Made by a program: the position numbers and the translations under genes. From Calcarisporiella thermophila CBS 279.70 (Eukaryota; Fungi; Calcarisporiellomycota), in the NCBI RefSeq assembly GCF_041956535.1, contig NW_027192199.1:62001-126000 (forward strand): a DNA stretch of 64,000 nucleotides, written 5' to 3'. Below, piece after piece: positions 63,318-64,000 of this stretch; the first letter of the stretch is position 1, and each line of letters opens with the position of its first letter. Under the pieces are notes generated by a model that worked only from the letters and a program-made list of their open reading frames with translations, did not search any database and was not told the DNA's origin.

Positions 63318-63487
63318 CCTTATAGTCTCAACTCTAGCTAACCTTCAGCGTAGGAGAAGAAATGGGCATTTCACTAAAGACTGCGCCATTTGTGACTGCC
63401 TTCTTTATATTGAATAGAAGCACTACAACATTTATTGACTAAAACAGTAAGAATAAGCTTGAGAAAACTGATGTATCTCGGACAATG

Positions 63488-64000
63488 CTAGAGACCACTT
63501 CTAAGTAGCATATGTCCTTGATAAATTTGTTGAAGCGTTTCCTGCCGCACAAGTAGCTGTATTGCCCTGTTGATGGCCGTTTCTGTGTATCCCTATTGTT
63601 AAACAATCAAATTGTTTAATCGCGTCCTCAGGCTCTTCACTATTCCCCCTCCTCTCATTTTCATGCTTACCTTGCTCCGAAATTCAGCCTTGATAGTGTT
63701 CAGGGGAACCCGCGAGCCTACAGCAAGCCGTTTGCAAATACTCGACTGAATCTGCTGTACTTCTTGCATCAGCTCCGAGCGAGTCATGCCCTCAATACCA
63801 CCCGTTTGCACTGCATCCATTGTAGAATGTTTAAATAGGCGGATAGCTTCGTCGACATGATGTTCCGTAGCAACCGGTGAGAGGGACATCTTAGCGAGAG
63901 CCTCTGAAATACGGACTATGGCCTCGAGTTGTCTAATGCATAGCTATAAATTTGCACTCAATTCTAGATTCAATATTGGATTTTACCTGATAGTGATAGG
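63488..64000 (-). CDS. MCM5: MCM5 replicative helicase subunit, 3' end only (gene continues beyond the window)
   Basis: [38 protein letters not shown]..STMDA plus a winged-helix tail; TAG at 63488-63490. Confidence 0.9.

Overview
Eukaryotic, intron-rich, gene-dense DNA (short GT-AG introns, mostly about 50-110 nt). It is most consistent with an early-diverging (non-Dikarya) fungus; this is an inference from gene content, not a taxonomic assignment. Left to right: an Ime2/MAK-family kinase, a Gpr1/Fun34/YaaH transporter, five tandem PEPT1-like POT peptide transporters, a Tra2/SR45a-like RRM protein, CSN1, an ICE2/NARG2-like protein, and an MHYT sensor protein. Next comes a small 'debris' zone (DYRK kinase fragment, orphan 7TM protein, decayed FAD oxidase). 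After that: an MRX11/FLILHELTA protein, EXO70, GCP3, a double-bromodomain BET protein, an intronless bacterial-type peroxiredoxin, a GPI-type cell-surface protein, SPT5 head-to-head with FCP1, RPT5, a Slo/BK-type channel, RPC34 and the 3' end of MCM5. Three observations stand out. (1) The Slo/BK-like channel has TGMSTN in place of the TVGYGD K+ filter and no Ca2+ bowl. (2) Several Pol II elongation factors carry animal-type modules that budding yeast lacks (a BET protein with a BRD4-type C-terminal motif, an ICE2-like protein, SPT5 with terminal KOWs), and they lie in one neighbourhood with FCP1. (3) The POT array is homogenised by gene conversion but diversified at substrate/proton-coupling motifs. 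No rRNA, tRNA, CRISPR or transposon ORF was recognised. Exon boundaries were read by eye, and family calls rest on remembered motifs, not database searches.
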